A stretch of 33,707 nt of DNA from the NCBI GenBank assembly GCA_964245955.1, contig CAXTPH010000001.1, positions 1 to 33,707 of the forward strand, given 5' to 3'. Shown here piece after piece: positions 10,226 through 18,422 of the stretch (within the stretch, counting starts at the first letter, position 1; every line of letters begins with the position of its first letter). The notes under the pieces are model-generated. The model saw only the letters and a program-made list of their open reading frames with translations. It searched no databases and was not told where the DNA came from. A program made the translations under genes and the position numbers. Source of the DNA: an uncultured Sphingomonadaceae bacterium (GTDB lineage: Bacteria > Pseudomonadota > Alphaproteobacteria > Sphingomonadales > Sphingomonadaceae).

Positions 10226-11152
10226 ATGTCCGCAGCTTCACCCCCTAAATGGTCGCTCGCAATCCACGGCGGGGCCGGCGGCATGAGCCGTGCCAACCTG
10301 CCGCCTGAAGCCGACGCCGCCGCGCGCGCCGCGCTCGCCGCCGCGCTCGACGCCGGGGCGGCGGTGCTGGCCGCCGGCGGTTCGGCGCTCGATGTCGTCG
10401 AGGCGGCGGTCGCATACCTCGAGGACGCGCCCGAGTTCAACGCCGGGCGCGGCGCGGTGTTCACCGCCGAAGGCACGGTCGAGCTCGACGCCGCGATCAT
10501 GGACGGCAGCGATCGCCGCGCCGGAGCGGTGGCGCGCGTCACCCGCACCCGCCACCCCGTTAGCCTCGCGCGGGCGGTGCTGGCGGAGACCCCGCACGTC
10601 ATGCTCGCCGGCGTCGGCGCCGATGCCTTCGCGCTGACGACGGGGCTCGAGCAGGTCGACCCCGCGTGGTTCCGCACGCCCGAACGCGCGCGCCAGTTCG
10701 CCGAGGCCGGCACGACCTTCGACCGGGCGATGAAGTACGGCACCGTCGGCGCGGTCGCCCGCGACACCGCCGGCCACGTCGCCGCCGCGACCTCGACCGG
10801 CGGCGTCACCGGCAAGCGCTGGGGCCGGATCGGCGATTCGCCGCTGATCGGCGCGGGGACCTACGCCGACGACCGCGCCGCGGCGGTGTCGGCGACCGGA
10901 TCGGGCGAGGATTTCATCCGGCTCGGCGTCGCGCACGAAATCTGCGCGCGCGTCCGCCTGCTCGGCGAGGATGTCGGCGATGCGGCGCGTACCGCGATCG
11001 CCGAGGTCGGGGCGATCGGCGGCGCGGGTGGGGTGATCGCCATGTCGCCCGGCGGCACCGCGACCTGGGCGTTCAACACCAGCGGCATGTATCGCGGCGC
11101 AGTCGCATCCGACGCCCCGCCCAGCGTCGCGATCTACGCCGACGAGGGGTAG
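10226..11152 (+). CDS. iaaA: Isoaspartyl peptidase / L-asparaginase (Ntn hydrolase)
   Basis: LAIHGGAG, FNAGRGAV, the G-TVGAVA autocleavage site and ATSTGG...GRIGDSPLIGAG. Confidence 0.93.
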   Translation: MSAASPPKWSLAIHGGAGGMSRANLPPEADAAARAALAAALDAGAAVLAAGGSALDVVEAAVAYLEDAPEFNAGRGAVFTAEGTVELDAAIMDGSDRRAGAVARVTRTRHPVSLARAVLAETPHVMLAGVGADAFALTTGLEQVDPAWFRTPERARQFAEAGTTFDRAMKYGTVGAVARDTAGHVAAATSTGGVTGKRWGRIGDSPLIGAGTYADDRAAAVSATGSGEDFIRLGVAHEICARVRLLGEDVGDAARTAIAEVGAIGGAGGVIAMSPGGTATWAFNTSGMYRGAVASDAPPSVAIYADEG

Positions 11153-11155
11153 ACG

Positions 11156-12388
11156 ATGGTCCACGATGTCCTGATCGTCGGCGGCGGCCAGGCCGGGGCG
11201 CAGGCGGCGATCTCGCTGCGGCAGGGTGGCTTCGCCGGCTCGGTGACGATCGCCGGCGAGGAGATCGACCCGCCGTACGAACGCCCGCCGCTGAGCAAGG
11301 ACTATCTCGCCGGCGACAAGACCGCCGACCGCCTCGCGCTGCGCCCGGCGACGTTCTGGCGCGAGCGCAACGTCACCCTCCTCCCCGGCCAGCGCGTCAC
11401 CGCCGTCGATCCGACCCGGCACTGCGTGACGACCGCGAGCGGCTCGACGATGGGCTATGGCATGCTGATCTGGGCGGCGGGGGGCCATGCCCGCGCGCTG
11501 CCGGTCCCCGGCGGGACGCTGCCCGGCGTCCATTCGATCCGCAGCCGCGCCGACGTCGACGCGCTGACCGCCGATCTGGCGAAGACCGACGACGTCGTCA
11601 TCGTCGGCGGCGGCTATATCGGGCTAGAGGCCGCCGCCGTCCTGTCGAAGGCGGACAAGCGCGTGACGATCCTCGAGGCGCAGGACCGCGTCCTCGCCCG
11701 CGTCGCCGGCGAAGCCGTGTCGCGCTTCTACGAGGCCAAGCATCGCGCGCACGGCGTCGACGTTCGCCTCGGCGTCGGCATCGAGGCGTTTGAAGGCGAG
11801 ACGCACGTCACCGGCGTGCGGACGACCGGGGGCACGATCCCGGCGGGCGTCGTCATCGTCGGCATCGGCCTCGTCCCCTCGGTCGCGGCGCTCGGCCTCG
11901 CCGGCGCGGTCACCCACAACGGCGTCGAGGTCGACGACCTGTGCCGCACCTCGCTGCCCGACATCTTCGCGATCGGCGACTGCGCCCACCACGCCAACGC
12001 CTTCGCCGCCGGCGCGGGCATCCGCCTCGAATCGGTGCAGAACGCGATCGACCAGGCGAAGGTCGTCGCCGGGGTCATCCTCGGGACGCCGAGGCCGTAT
12101 CACGCCGTCCCGTGGTTCTGGTCGAACCAGTACGACCTCAAGCTCCAGACCGTGGGCTTGAGCGGCGGGCACGACGCAACCGTCGTCCGCGGCGATCCGG
12201 CGTCGCGCGCGTGGAGCCTCGTCTACCTGCGCGGTGGCCGGGTGATCGCGCTCGACTGCATCAACGCCGCGCGCGACTTCGTCCAGGGCAAGGCGCTCGT
12301 CGAGTATGATCATGGGGCGGGGCTTGCCGCCGACCCGGCAATGCTGGCAGACAATACAGTGCCGCTCAAATCGCTGCTAGCCGTGTGA
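11156..12388 (+). CDS. Ferredoxin reductase-type FAD/NAD(P)H oxidoreductase
   Basis: GGGQAG, PYERPPLSK, GGGYIGLEAA, FAIGDCA, RLESVQNA and VPWFWSNQY. Confidence 0.93.
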   Translation: MVHDVLIVGGGQAGAQAAISLRQGGFAGSVTIAGEEIDPPYERPPLSKDYLAGDKTADRLALRPATFWRERNVTLLPGQRVTAVDPTRHCVTTASGSTMGYGMLIWAAGGHARALPVPGGTLPGVHSIRSRADVDALTADLAKTDDVVIVGGGYIGLEAAAVLSKADKRVTILEAQDRVLARVAGEAVSRFYEAKHRAHGVDVRLGVGIEAFEGETHVTGVRTTGGTIPAGVVIVGIGLVPSVAALGLAGAVTHNGVEVDDLCRTSLPDIFAIGDCAHHANAFAAGAGIRLESVQNAIDQAKVVAGVILGTPRPYHAVPWFWSNQYDLKLQTVGLSGGHDATVVRGDPASRAWSLVYLRGGRVIALDCINAARDFVQGKALVEYDHGAGLAADPAMLADNTVPLKSLLAV

Positions 12389-12411
12389 CGCGGATCGGCT
12401 ATGCAGATGAT

Positions 12412-12537
12412 CGTCATCCCCGCGAAGGCGGGGACCCATATTCCAGCGAGGCTCGCCGTGAGGCGACGCCCGTCGGGCAGCCGGGTCAACGCCGGATGGC
12501 CTCTGGCAAATGGGTCCCCGCCTTCGCGGGGATGACG
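12412..12537. repeat. CGTC-type REP inverted doublet, copy 2 (126 bp)
   Basis: CGTCATCCCCGCGAAGGCGGGGACCCAT...ATGGGTCCCCGCCTTCGCGGGGATGACG, with perfectly complementary arms. Confidence 0.92.
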
Positions 12538-12570
12538 GGGTTTGTTGAACCTGCCGCCGCCTAGGAGACC

Positions 12571-13533
12571 ATGCTCGTGTCGATTCCTGCCAGCCTATCG
12601 CGCCGCCTGTCGATCCCGGTGATCGGCTCGCCGCTGTTCATCATCTCGAACCCCGACCTCGTCATCGCCCAGTGCAAGGCGGGCGTTATCGGCAGCTTCC
12701 CGAGCCTCAATGCCCGGCCGCTGGCGCAGTTCGAGGAATGGCTTATCCGCCTCAACGCCGAGCTCGGCCCCGACGACGCGCCGTACGCGGTCAACCTCAT
12801 CGTCCACCGCTCGAACGACCGGCTGATGGACGACCTCGCCTTGTGCGTGAAGTACAAGGTGCCGGTGATCATCACCTCGCTCGGCGCGCGGGCCGACGTC
12901 AACGAGGCGATCCACAGCTATGGCGGGATCGTCCTCCACGACATCATCAACGACAAGTTCGCGCGCAAGGCGATCGAGAAGGGGGCCGACGGCCTGATCG
13001 CGGTCGCCGCCGGCGCGGGCGGCCATGCCGGTACGACTTCGCCGTTCGCGCTGGTGCAGGAGATCCGCGCGTGGTTCGACGGCCCGCTCGCGCTGTCGGG
13101 GTCGATCGCCAGCGGCGCGTCGGTGCTCGCCGCGCTCGCGATGGGGGCCGACTTCGCCTATATCGGCTCGGCGTTCATCGCCACCGCCGAGGCCCGCGCC
13201 GACGAGCGCTACAAGCAGATGATCGTCGACAGCAACGCCGCCGACATCGTCTATTCGAGCCTGTTCACCGGGGTCCACGGCAACTACCTCAAGCCGTCGA
13301 TCACGCTGGCCGGCATGGACCCCGACCATTTGCCCGAGGGCGACGTCTCGACGATGGACTTCGGCAGCGGCGCCGCGCCCAAGGCGTGGAAGGAGATCTG
13401 GGGCTGCGGCCAGGGGATTGGCGCGATCGACGCGGTACTGCCGGCAGCGGCGTTCATTGCCAAGCTGCGCCGCGAGTACGATAGCGCACGGGGCCGGATC
13501 GGCGTCGCGCCGCAGCGAGCCGTCGCCGCCTGA
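12571..13533 (+). CDS. Nitronate monooxygenase family flavin oxidoreductase
   Basis: PVIGSPLFIIS, GAGGHAG, MGADFAYIGSAFIAT and KAWKEIWGCGQG. AGGAG RBS. Confidence 0.92.
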   Translation: MLVSIPASLSRRLSIPVIGSPLFIISNPDLVIAQCKAGVIGSFPSLNARPLAQFEEWLIRLNAELGPDDAPYAVNLIVHRSNDRLMDDLALCVKYKVPVIITSLGARADVNEAIHSYGGIVLHDIINDKFARKAIEKGADGLIAVAAGAGGHAGTTSPFALVQEIRAWFDGPLALSGSIASGASVLAALAMGADFAYIGSAFIATAEARADERYKQMIVDSNAADIVYSSLFTGVHGNYLKPSITLAGMDPDHLPEGDVSTMDFGSGAAPKAWKEIWGCGQGIGAIDAVLPAAAFIAKLRREYDSARGRIGVAPQRAVAA

Positions 13534-13535
13534 CG

Positions 13536-13560
13536 GGAACCGCGGCGGAGCGGCGTCGTT
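13536..13560 (+). promoter_or_regulatory. Sigma-EcfG (general stress response) promoter
   Basis: GGAAC-N16-CGTT exact consensus, 25 bp upstream of the DUF3775 start. Confidence 0.75.
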
Positions 13561-13585
13561 GCGGGTCGATACAGGAGAGACTTGC

Positions 13586-13987
13586 ATGGAACTGACCATC
13601 CCGCTCGAGACCGTCTGCCGCGTCATCCTCCGCGCCAAGGAGTATGAGGCGCTGGTCCCCGACACCGATCCCGACGATGGCTCGAACCCGACCGACGACG
13701 GCGCCGCCGACGAGATCGAGGACGACGGCGAGAACCCGACCGAGGAGGAGCTGCGCGCGATCATCGACGACCTCGCCGACGACGAGAAGGCCGAGCTGAT
13801 TGCCCTCGCGCTCGTCGGGCGCGGGACATACGACGCGAGCGAGTGGGCCGAGGCGATGGACGACGCGACCGAGGAGGTCGACGACGCCGCCGACTTCCTG
13901 CTCGATCTGCCGATGCTCGGGGCCTATCTCGACGGCGGGCTCGCGGCGTTCGACCTGTCGTGCGACGGCATGGGGCAGGTCGTCTGA
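13586..13987 (+). CDS. DUF3775 family acidic protein
   Basis: ELRAIIDDL...AELIALALVGRGTYDASEW...DFLLDLPMLGAYLDGGL. AGGAG RBS. Confidence 0.85.
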   Translation: MELTIPLETVCRVILRAKEYEALVPDTDPDDGSNPTDDGAADEIEDDGENPTEEELRAIIDDLADDEKAELIALALVGRGTYDASEWAEAMDDATEEVDDAADFLLDLPMLGAYLDGGLAAFDLSCDGMGQVV

Positions 13988-13995
13988 CGCGCCGC

Positions 13996-14090
13996 TTAAG
14001 TTGACAGAGTTGGCGTTTTCGGCGGCTCGACGGCGTCGTATCGATCCGCCGCGCACGCAGGGTTAAGTTGACGGAGTTGTCGTTTTCGAC
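13996..14090. repeat. Two 28-bp direct repeats (13996-14023 and 14063-14090)
   Basis: TTAAGTTGACAGAGTTGGCGTTTTCGGC versus TTAAGTTGACGGAGTTGTCGTTTTCGAC, 25/28 identical with a 67-bp period. Confidence 0.85.
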
Positions 14091-14464
14091 CTCGCCGCGC
14101 GCGTTGCCCGCGGGGTCGCGTGGTACAGCAGGAGCGCGGTGAGCAAGCCGTTGCTCATGACGGTCCGCTCGCCGACGATCTTGCCCTTGTACTTGACCGG
14201 ACGCTTCTCGCCCTCGGCCACACGGTCGTGCGCCTCGTCGACGAGGTCGGCCATATATTTATCGAGCGCTGCGTCCCACGCCCGGGCGAAGGCAGCGTTG
14301 TGCGGCTGGTCGCGGAACTTGTACGCGCTCGCCCGCGACAGCCCGATCCGCGCGCAGACGTCGCTGACGTTGCCCGACGTCACGAGCTCGGTGATGAAGC
14401 GACGCTGCCGCGCCGGGGTCCACCCGGTGCGGCGGCGACGGCGGCGGGGCGGAGGCGTGTCCAT
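14063..14464 (-). CDS. HTH protein resembling a phage terminase small subunit
   Basis: WTPARQRRFITEL..SGNVSDVCARIGLSRASAYKFR...FARAWDAAL...LVDEAHDRVAEGEKRPVKYKGKIVGE...SNGLL follows the HTH, helix, beta-hairpin pattern I recognise from TerS proteins. Confidence 0.65.
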   Translation of the reverse strand: MDTPPPRRRRRRTGWTPARQRRFITELVTSGNVSDVCARIGLSRASAYKFRDQPHNAAFARAWDAALDKYMADLVDEAHDRVAEGEKRPVKYKGKIVGERTVMSNGLLTALLLYHATPRATRAARSKTTTPST

Positions 14465-14470
14465 CCCCCA

Positions 14471-14499
14471 CGCATAGCCTAATTGGTTCGCAAAGTCAA
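14471..14499 (-). promoter_or_regulatory. Sigma70-type promoter giving a probably leaderless transcript
   Basis: Minus strand reads TTGACT-N17-TATGCG-N6-ATG. Confidence 0.55.
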
Positions 14500-14511
14500 G
14501 ATTGAGGGCCA

Positions 14512-14532
14512 AATCCTACAAAATGTAGGATT
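14512..14532. promoter_or_regulatory. Perfect palindrome AATCCTACA-AAA-TGTAGGATT (candidate operator)
   Basis: 9-bp perfect inverted repeat, AT-rich, 12 bp upstream of the -35 element and overlapping the secF stop codon. Confidence 0.6.
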
Positions 14533-15487
14533 AGCGCCGGACCCGCTCGACGTTGATCGACGGCCCGGTCTTCTTCGTCGCCGCTTCGATCTTTGGCTTG
14601 ACCCCGAGCGCGATCAGCAGTGACGACGAGACGAAGATCGACGAATAGGTGCCGACGACGATGCCGAACAGCATCGCCGCGGTGAAGCCGAAGATGACGT
14701 CGGGGCCGAGCAGCAGCATCGCCGTCAGCGCGGTGATCATCGCCAGGCTGGTCATCACGGTCCGCGGCAGCGTCTCGTTGACCGACAGGTCGATGATCGG
14801 GCCGATGTCCATCTGCCGGTACTTGCGCAGGTTCTCGCGGATGCGGTCGTCGATCACGACCTTGTCGTTGAGGCTGTAGCCGATGATCGTCAGGATCGCG
14901 GCGACGACGTTCAGGTCGAATTCGAGCTGGGTCAGCGCGAAGAAACCGAGCGTCACCGTCACGTCGTGGACCAGCGCGACGACGGTCGACACGCCGAAAT
15001 GCCATTCGAAGCGGAACCAGGTGAACAGCGCGACCGCCGCCATCGACAACAGCACCGCGAGCGCGCCCTTGCGGATCAGCTCCTGACTGACCTTGCCACT
15101 GACCGATTCGGTTCGGCGGAAGCTGACGTTGCCGTACTTGCCGCGGAGATCGGCCTGGACCTTGGCCACGACCTTCTGCACCGCGGCCTGATCGCCCGGC
15201 GGCAGCGGCAGGCGGATCAGGATGTTCTTCGGCGAGCCGAACTCCTGCAGCGAGACATCGCCGACGCCAAGGCCGCGAACCTCGCCGCGCAGTGTGTCGA
15301 GCGGCGGCGCCTTCGGGAAAGCGACCTCCATCGTCAACCCGCCGACGAAGTCGACGCCGAGGTTGAGCCCGCGCGTCGCCAGCAGCCCGATCGAGCCGAG
15401 CGTCAGCAGCAGCGTCAGCGCGAACGCGAGGTAGCGCAGCTTGACGAAGCCGATGTTGGTATTGTCGGGGACGATCTTCAGCGGCAT
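14531..15487 (-). CDS. secF: Protein translocase subunit SecF
   Basis: GLNLGVDFVGG, ALVHDV, LTIIGYSLNDKVVIDDRIREN and GTYSSIFV. Confidence 0.98.
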   Translation of the reverse strand: MPLKIVPDNTNIGFVKLRYLAFALTLLLTLGSIGLLATRGLNLGVDFVGGLTMEVAFPKAPPLDTLRGEVRGLGVGDVSLQEFGSPKNILIRLPLPPGDQAAVQKVVAKVQADLRGKYGNVSFRRTESVSGKVSQELIRKGALAVLLSMAAVALFTWFRFEWHFGVSTVVALVHDVTVTLGFFALTQLEFDLNVVAAILTIIGYSLNDKVVIDDRIRENLRKYRQMDIGPIIDLSVNETLPRTVMTSLAMITALTAMLLLGPDVIFGFTAAMLFGIVVGTYSSIFVSSSLLIALGVKPKIEAATKKTGPSINVERVRR

Positions 15488-15497
15488 GGCGGGACCT

Positions 15498-17096
15498 TCA
15501 TATCGTCAGCGCCTTCGGGCGGGCGCTCGTCAGCCAGCGCGAGGCGAGGAGGCGGACGACGGTGACGGCGGTGAAGACGCTCGTCGCGATGCCGATCGAC
15601 AGGACGACGGCGAAGCCCTTGACCGGGCCGGTGCCGAACAGGAACATGATCGCCGCGACGATGATGTTGAGCGAGTTCGCGTCCCAGATCGTTCGCGTCG
15701 CGTCGCGGAAGCCGACCTCGACGCTGGCGATCACCCCCCGCCCCTTGCGCTGCTCCTCGCGGATGCGCTCGTTGATCAGGACGTTGGCGTCGACCGCCGC
15801 GCCGATGGTGAGGACGAGCCCGGCGATTCCCGGCAGCGTCAGCGTCGCGCCGACGACCGACATGACGCCGATGATCATGAACATGTTGAGGATCAGCGCG
15901 ATCACCGAATAGACCCCGAACCGCCCGTAGGTGACGATCATCAGCAGCGCGACGGCGATGACCGCGGTGCCGGCCGCAAGGCTGCCGGCGCGGATCGAGT
16001 CGGCGCCGAGGTCGGGGCCGACGGTGCGTTCCTCGACCACCTTCAATTCGACCGGCAGCTTGCCCGAGCGCAGCCGGATGGCGAACTGGTTGGCGCTGGC
16101 GGTCGTATAGCTGCCGGTGATGATGCCCGACCCGCCGAGGATCGGACCGTTGATGTTCGGTGCGGAGATGACCTTGTTGTCGAGGATGATCGCGAACGGC
16201 TTGCCGACGTTCTCCTGCGTCGCCTTGGCGAAGCGGCGTCCGCCGGTCGCGTCGAAGCGGAAGGTGACCGCGGGCGAGCCGTTGTCGTCCTGCCCGACCT
16301 GGCTGTCGACGAGCTGGTCGCCGGTGATCATCGCCCGGCGCTTGACCGCGACAGTACCGGGGCGGTCGGCGTAAGGCAGGATCTGGCTGCCGGCCGGGGC
16401 GTGGCCGGCAGCGACCTCTGCCGGGTCGGCCTCGGTGTCGACGAGCTTGAATTCGAGCTTCGCGGTCTTGCCGATCAGCGCCTTGAGCGCACTCGGGTCC
16501 TGCAGGCCGGGGACCTGGACGACTATGCGGTTGTCGCCCTGGCGGACGATCGTCGGCTCGCGCGTGCCGAGTTCGTCGATCCGGCGGCGGATGACCTCGA
16601 CCTCCTGGTCCATCGCGCTGTTGGTCGCCGCGACGATGCCGGCGTCGGTCGGGGTCATCGTCACCCGGTTGCCGTCGACGACCGCGACCTCGACATCGCG
16701 CTGCCCGGTCAGGTTGCCGACCGGCCGGGTCACCTTGCGCAGCGTCTCGACCGCGCGGTCGAGCGCCGTCGGGTCGGTCACCACCAGGGTCACCGCGGTG
16801 CCGGTGATGCCGAGGTCGCGATACTTCACCGCGCCGCCGTCGGCCCCGGCGAGTTCGGTCCGCGCGGTTTCCTCGAGGCCGTCGAGCTTCTGCTTGCGGA
16901 CGTCGTCGATCGCCGCCTCGAGCATCATGTAGCTGCCGCCGCGCAGGTCGAGGCCGAGGTTGAGCGTCCCCGTCGGCACGAACGACGGCTGCGACTTGAG
17001 CGTCGATGCGGGGACGAAATTGGGCAGCGCGAAGATCACGCCGAGGACGAGCGTGGCGAGAATCGTCCACACTTTCCAGTTCGGAAAGCCGAGCAC
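15498..17096 (-). CDS. secD: Protein translocase subunit SecD
   Basis: LGLDLRGG, RRRIDELGTREP, LTLPGIAGLVLTIGAAVDANVLINERIREE and GPVKGFA. Confidence 0.98.
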   Translation of the reverse strand: MLGFPNWKVWTILATLVLGVIFALPNFVPASTLKSQPSFVPTGTLNLGLDLRGGSYMMLEAAIDDVRKQKLDGLEETARTELAGADGGAVKYRDLGITGTAVTLVVTDPTALDRAVETLRKVTRPVGNLTGQRDVEVAVVDGNRVTMTPTDAGIVAATNSAMDQEVEVIRRRIDELGTREPTIVRQGDNRIVVQVPGLQDPSALKALIGKTAKLEFKLVDTEADPAEVAAGHAPAGSQILPYADRPGTVAVKRRAMITGDQLVDSQVGQDDNGSPAVTFRFDATGGRRFAKATQENVGKPFAIILDNKVISAPNINGPILGGSGIITGSYTTASANQFAIRLRSGKLPVELKVVEERTVGPDLGADSIRAGSLAAGTAVIAVALLMIVTYGRFGVYSVIALILNMFMIIGVMSVVGATLTLPGIAGLVLTIGAAVDANVLINERIREEQRKGRGVIASVEVGFRDATRTIWDANSLNIIVAAIMFLFGTGPVKGFAVVLSIGIATSVFTAVTVVRLLASRWLTSARPKALTI

Positions 17097-17102
17097 CGCG
17101 GT

Positions 17103-17447
17103 CTAGCCCTTGGCGTCGTTGGCGGCGGCGGGGAGCGGCTTGGTCCGCACCTCGGACAGCGTGCCCTTGACGACGCGCAGTTTGACCCCGGTGGCGACCT
17201 CGACCTCGAGCTCGGCGTCGGCGACCTTGGTCACGCGCCCGATCAGCCCGCCGCCGGTGACGACCTCGTCGCCGCGCTTGACCGCGTCGATCGACGCGCG
17301 ATGCGCCTTGGCGCGCAGCTGCTGCGGGCGGATCATCAGAAAGTAGAAGATCGCGAAAATCGCCACGTACGGCAGGAACAGCAAGAGGCTTCCCTGAAGG
17401 CCGCCGGGGGCCGCTGCCGCCTGGGCATAGGCCGGGGATGAGAACAT
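17103..17447 (-). CDS. yajC: Preprotein translocase subunit YajC
   Basis: FYFLMIRPQQ and GDEVVTGGGLIG. First gene of yajC-secD-secF. Confidence 0.97.
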   Translation of the reverse strand: MFSSPAYAQAAAAPGGLQGSLLLFLPYVAIFAIFYFLMIRPQQLRAKAHRASIDAVKRGDEVVTGGGLIGRVTKVADAELEVEVATGVKLRVVKGTLSEVRTKPLPAAANDAKG

Positions 17448-17482
17448 GCGTTTCGCTTCCGTGGGACGGGGATTTGTGCGGC

Positions 17483-17510
17483 TCTATAGCGGAAGCACGG
17501 GGGGGTGCAA
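17483..17510 (-). promoter_or_regulatory. Candidate sigma70 promoter of yajC-secDF
   Basis: Minus strand reads TTGCAC-N16-TATAGA. Confidence 0.45.
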
Positions 17511-17584
17511 ATGGAGGCGGTTCGCTGCCAAGACACCATTATCCCGGCTTTCGCGGCGCTGACGGTGGTGATAGCCCCGACGCG

Positions 17585-18403
17585 ATGACCGATCACCTCC
17601 TGTCCCGCATCGCCGACGCGCTCGACCGCATGGCCCCACCGCGTCCCGCCGCTGCCGACCCCGCGCACGGCGAGGCCTTCGTCGTCGAGGACGGGCAGCT
17701 GCGCGTGGTTGCCCCGCCGCCGGCGCAGCCGCTCGCGCGCTTCGCGGGCGTCGACACCCAGCGCGACGCGCTGCTGGCGAACACCCGCCGCCACGCCGCG
17801 GGAGCCGCCGCGCACGACGTCCTGCTGTGGGGCGCGCGCGGGATGGGCAAGTCGTCGCTCGTCCGCGCGGTCCATGCGGCGACGCCGGGCCTCGCGCTGA
17901 TCCAGGTCGCGCGCGACGACCTGAGCGGATTGCCCGGGCTGTTCCGCGCGCTGGGCGCGACCGCCCGCCGCTTCCTCGTCTATGCCGACGACGTCTCGTT
18001 CGAAGCCGACGAGCGCCAGTACAAGGCGCTGCGCTCGATCCTCGACGGCGGCATCGAGGCGCGGCCCGACAACGTCCGGCTGGTCGTCACCTCGAACCGG
18101 CGGCATCTGGTGGCGCGCGAGCACGCCGACACCGAGGCGGCGAGCGCGATCAACGCCCGCGACGTGCTCGACGACCGGCTCGCGCTCGCCGACCGCTTCG
18201 GGCTGAGCCTCGGCTTCCACAATTGCGACCAGGCGACGTATCTCGCGATCGTCGCCGGCTATGCCGCCGCGCACGGCCTCGCCTGCACCGACGCGCAGGC
18301 GCTCGAATGGGCGGCGGGGCGCGGGCACCGCTCGGGGCGCGTCGCGTGGCAGTTCGTCATCGAGCTCGCCGGGCGGCAAAACCGCGCTATCGTCCCGCAA
18401 TGA
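17585..18403 (+). CDS. DUF815 family AAA+ ATPase
   Basis: Walker A GARGMGKS, ADDVSFE, YKALRSILDGG, TSNRRHL, LADRFGL and RSGRVAWQF. Confidence 0.9.
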   Translation: MTDHLLSRIADALDRMAPPRPAAADPAHGEAFVVEDGQLRVVAPPPAQPLARFAGVDTQRDALLANTRRHAAGAAAHDVLLWGARGMGKSSLVRAVHAATPGLALIQVARDDLSGLPGLFRALGATARRFLVYADDVSFEADERQYKALRSILDGGIEARPDNVRLVVTSNRRHLVAREHADTEAASAINARDVLDDRLALADRFGLSLGFHNCDQATYLAIVAGYAAAHGLACTDAQALEWAAGRGHRSGRVAWQFVIELAGRQNRAIVPQ

Positions 18404-18422
18404 ACGCCGCTATCGCTCGCGC

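Noticed and set aside
13996-14090. Mini CRISPR array (28-bp repeats, 39-bp spacer)
   Set aside because: Only two imperfect, non-palindromic repeats, one inside a coding sequence, with no cas gene or leader in the window. Kept as a cis-element candidate instead.
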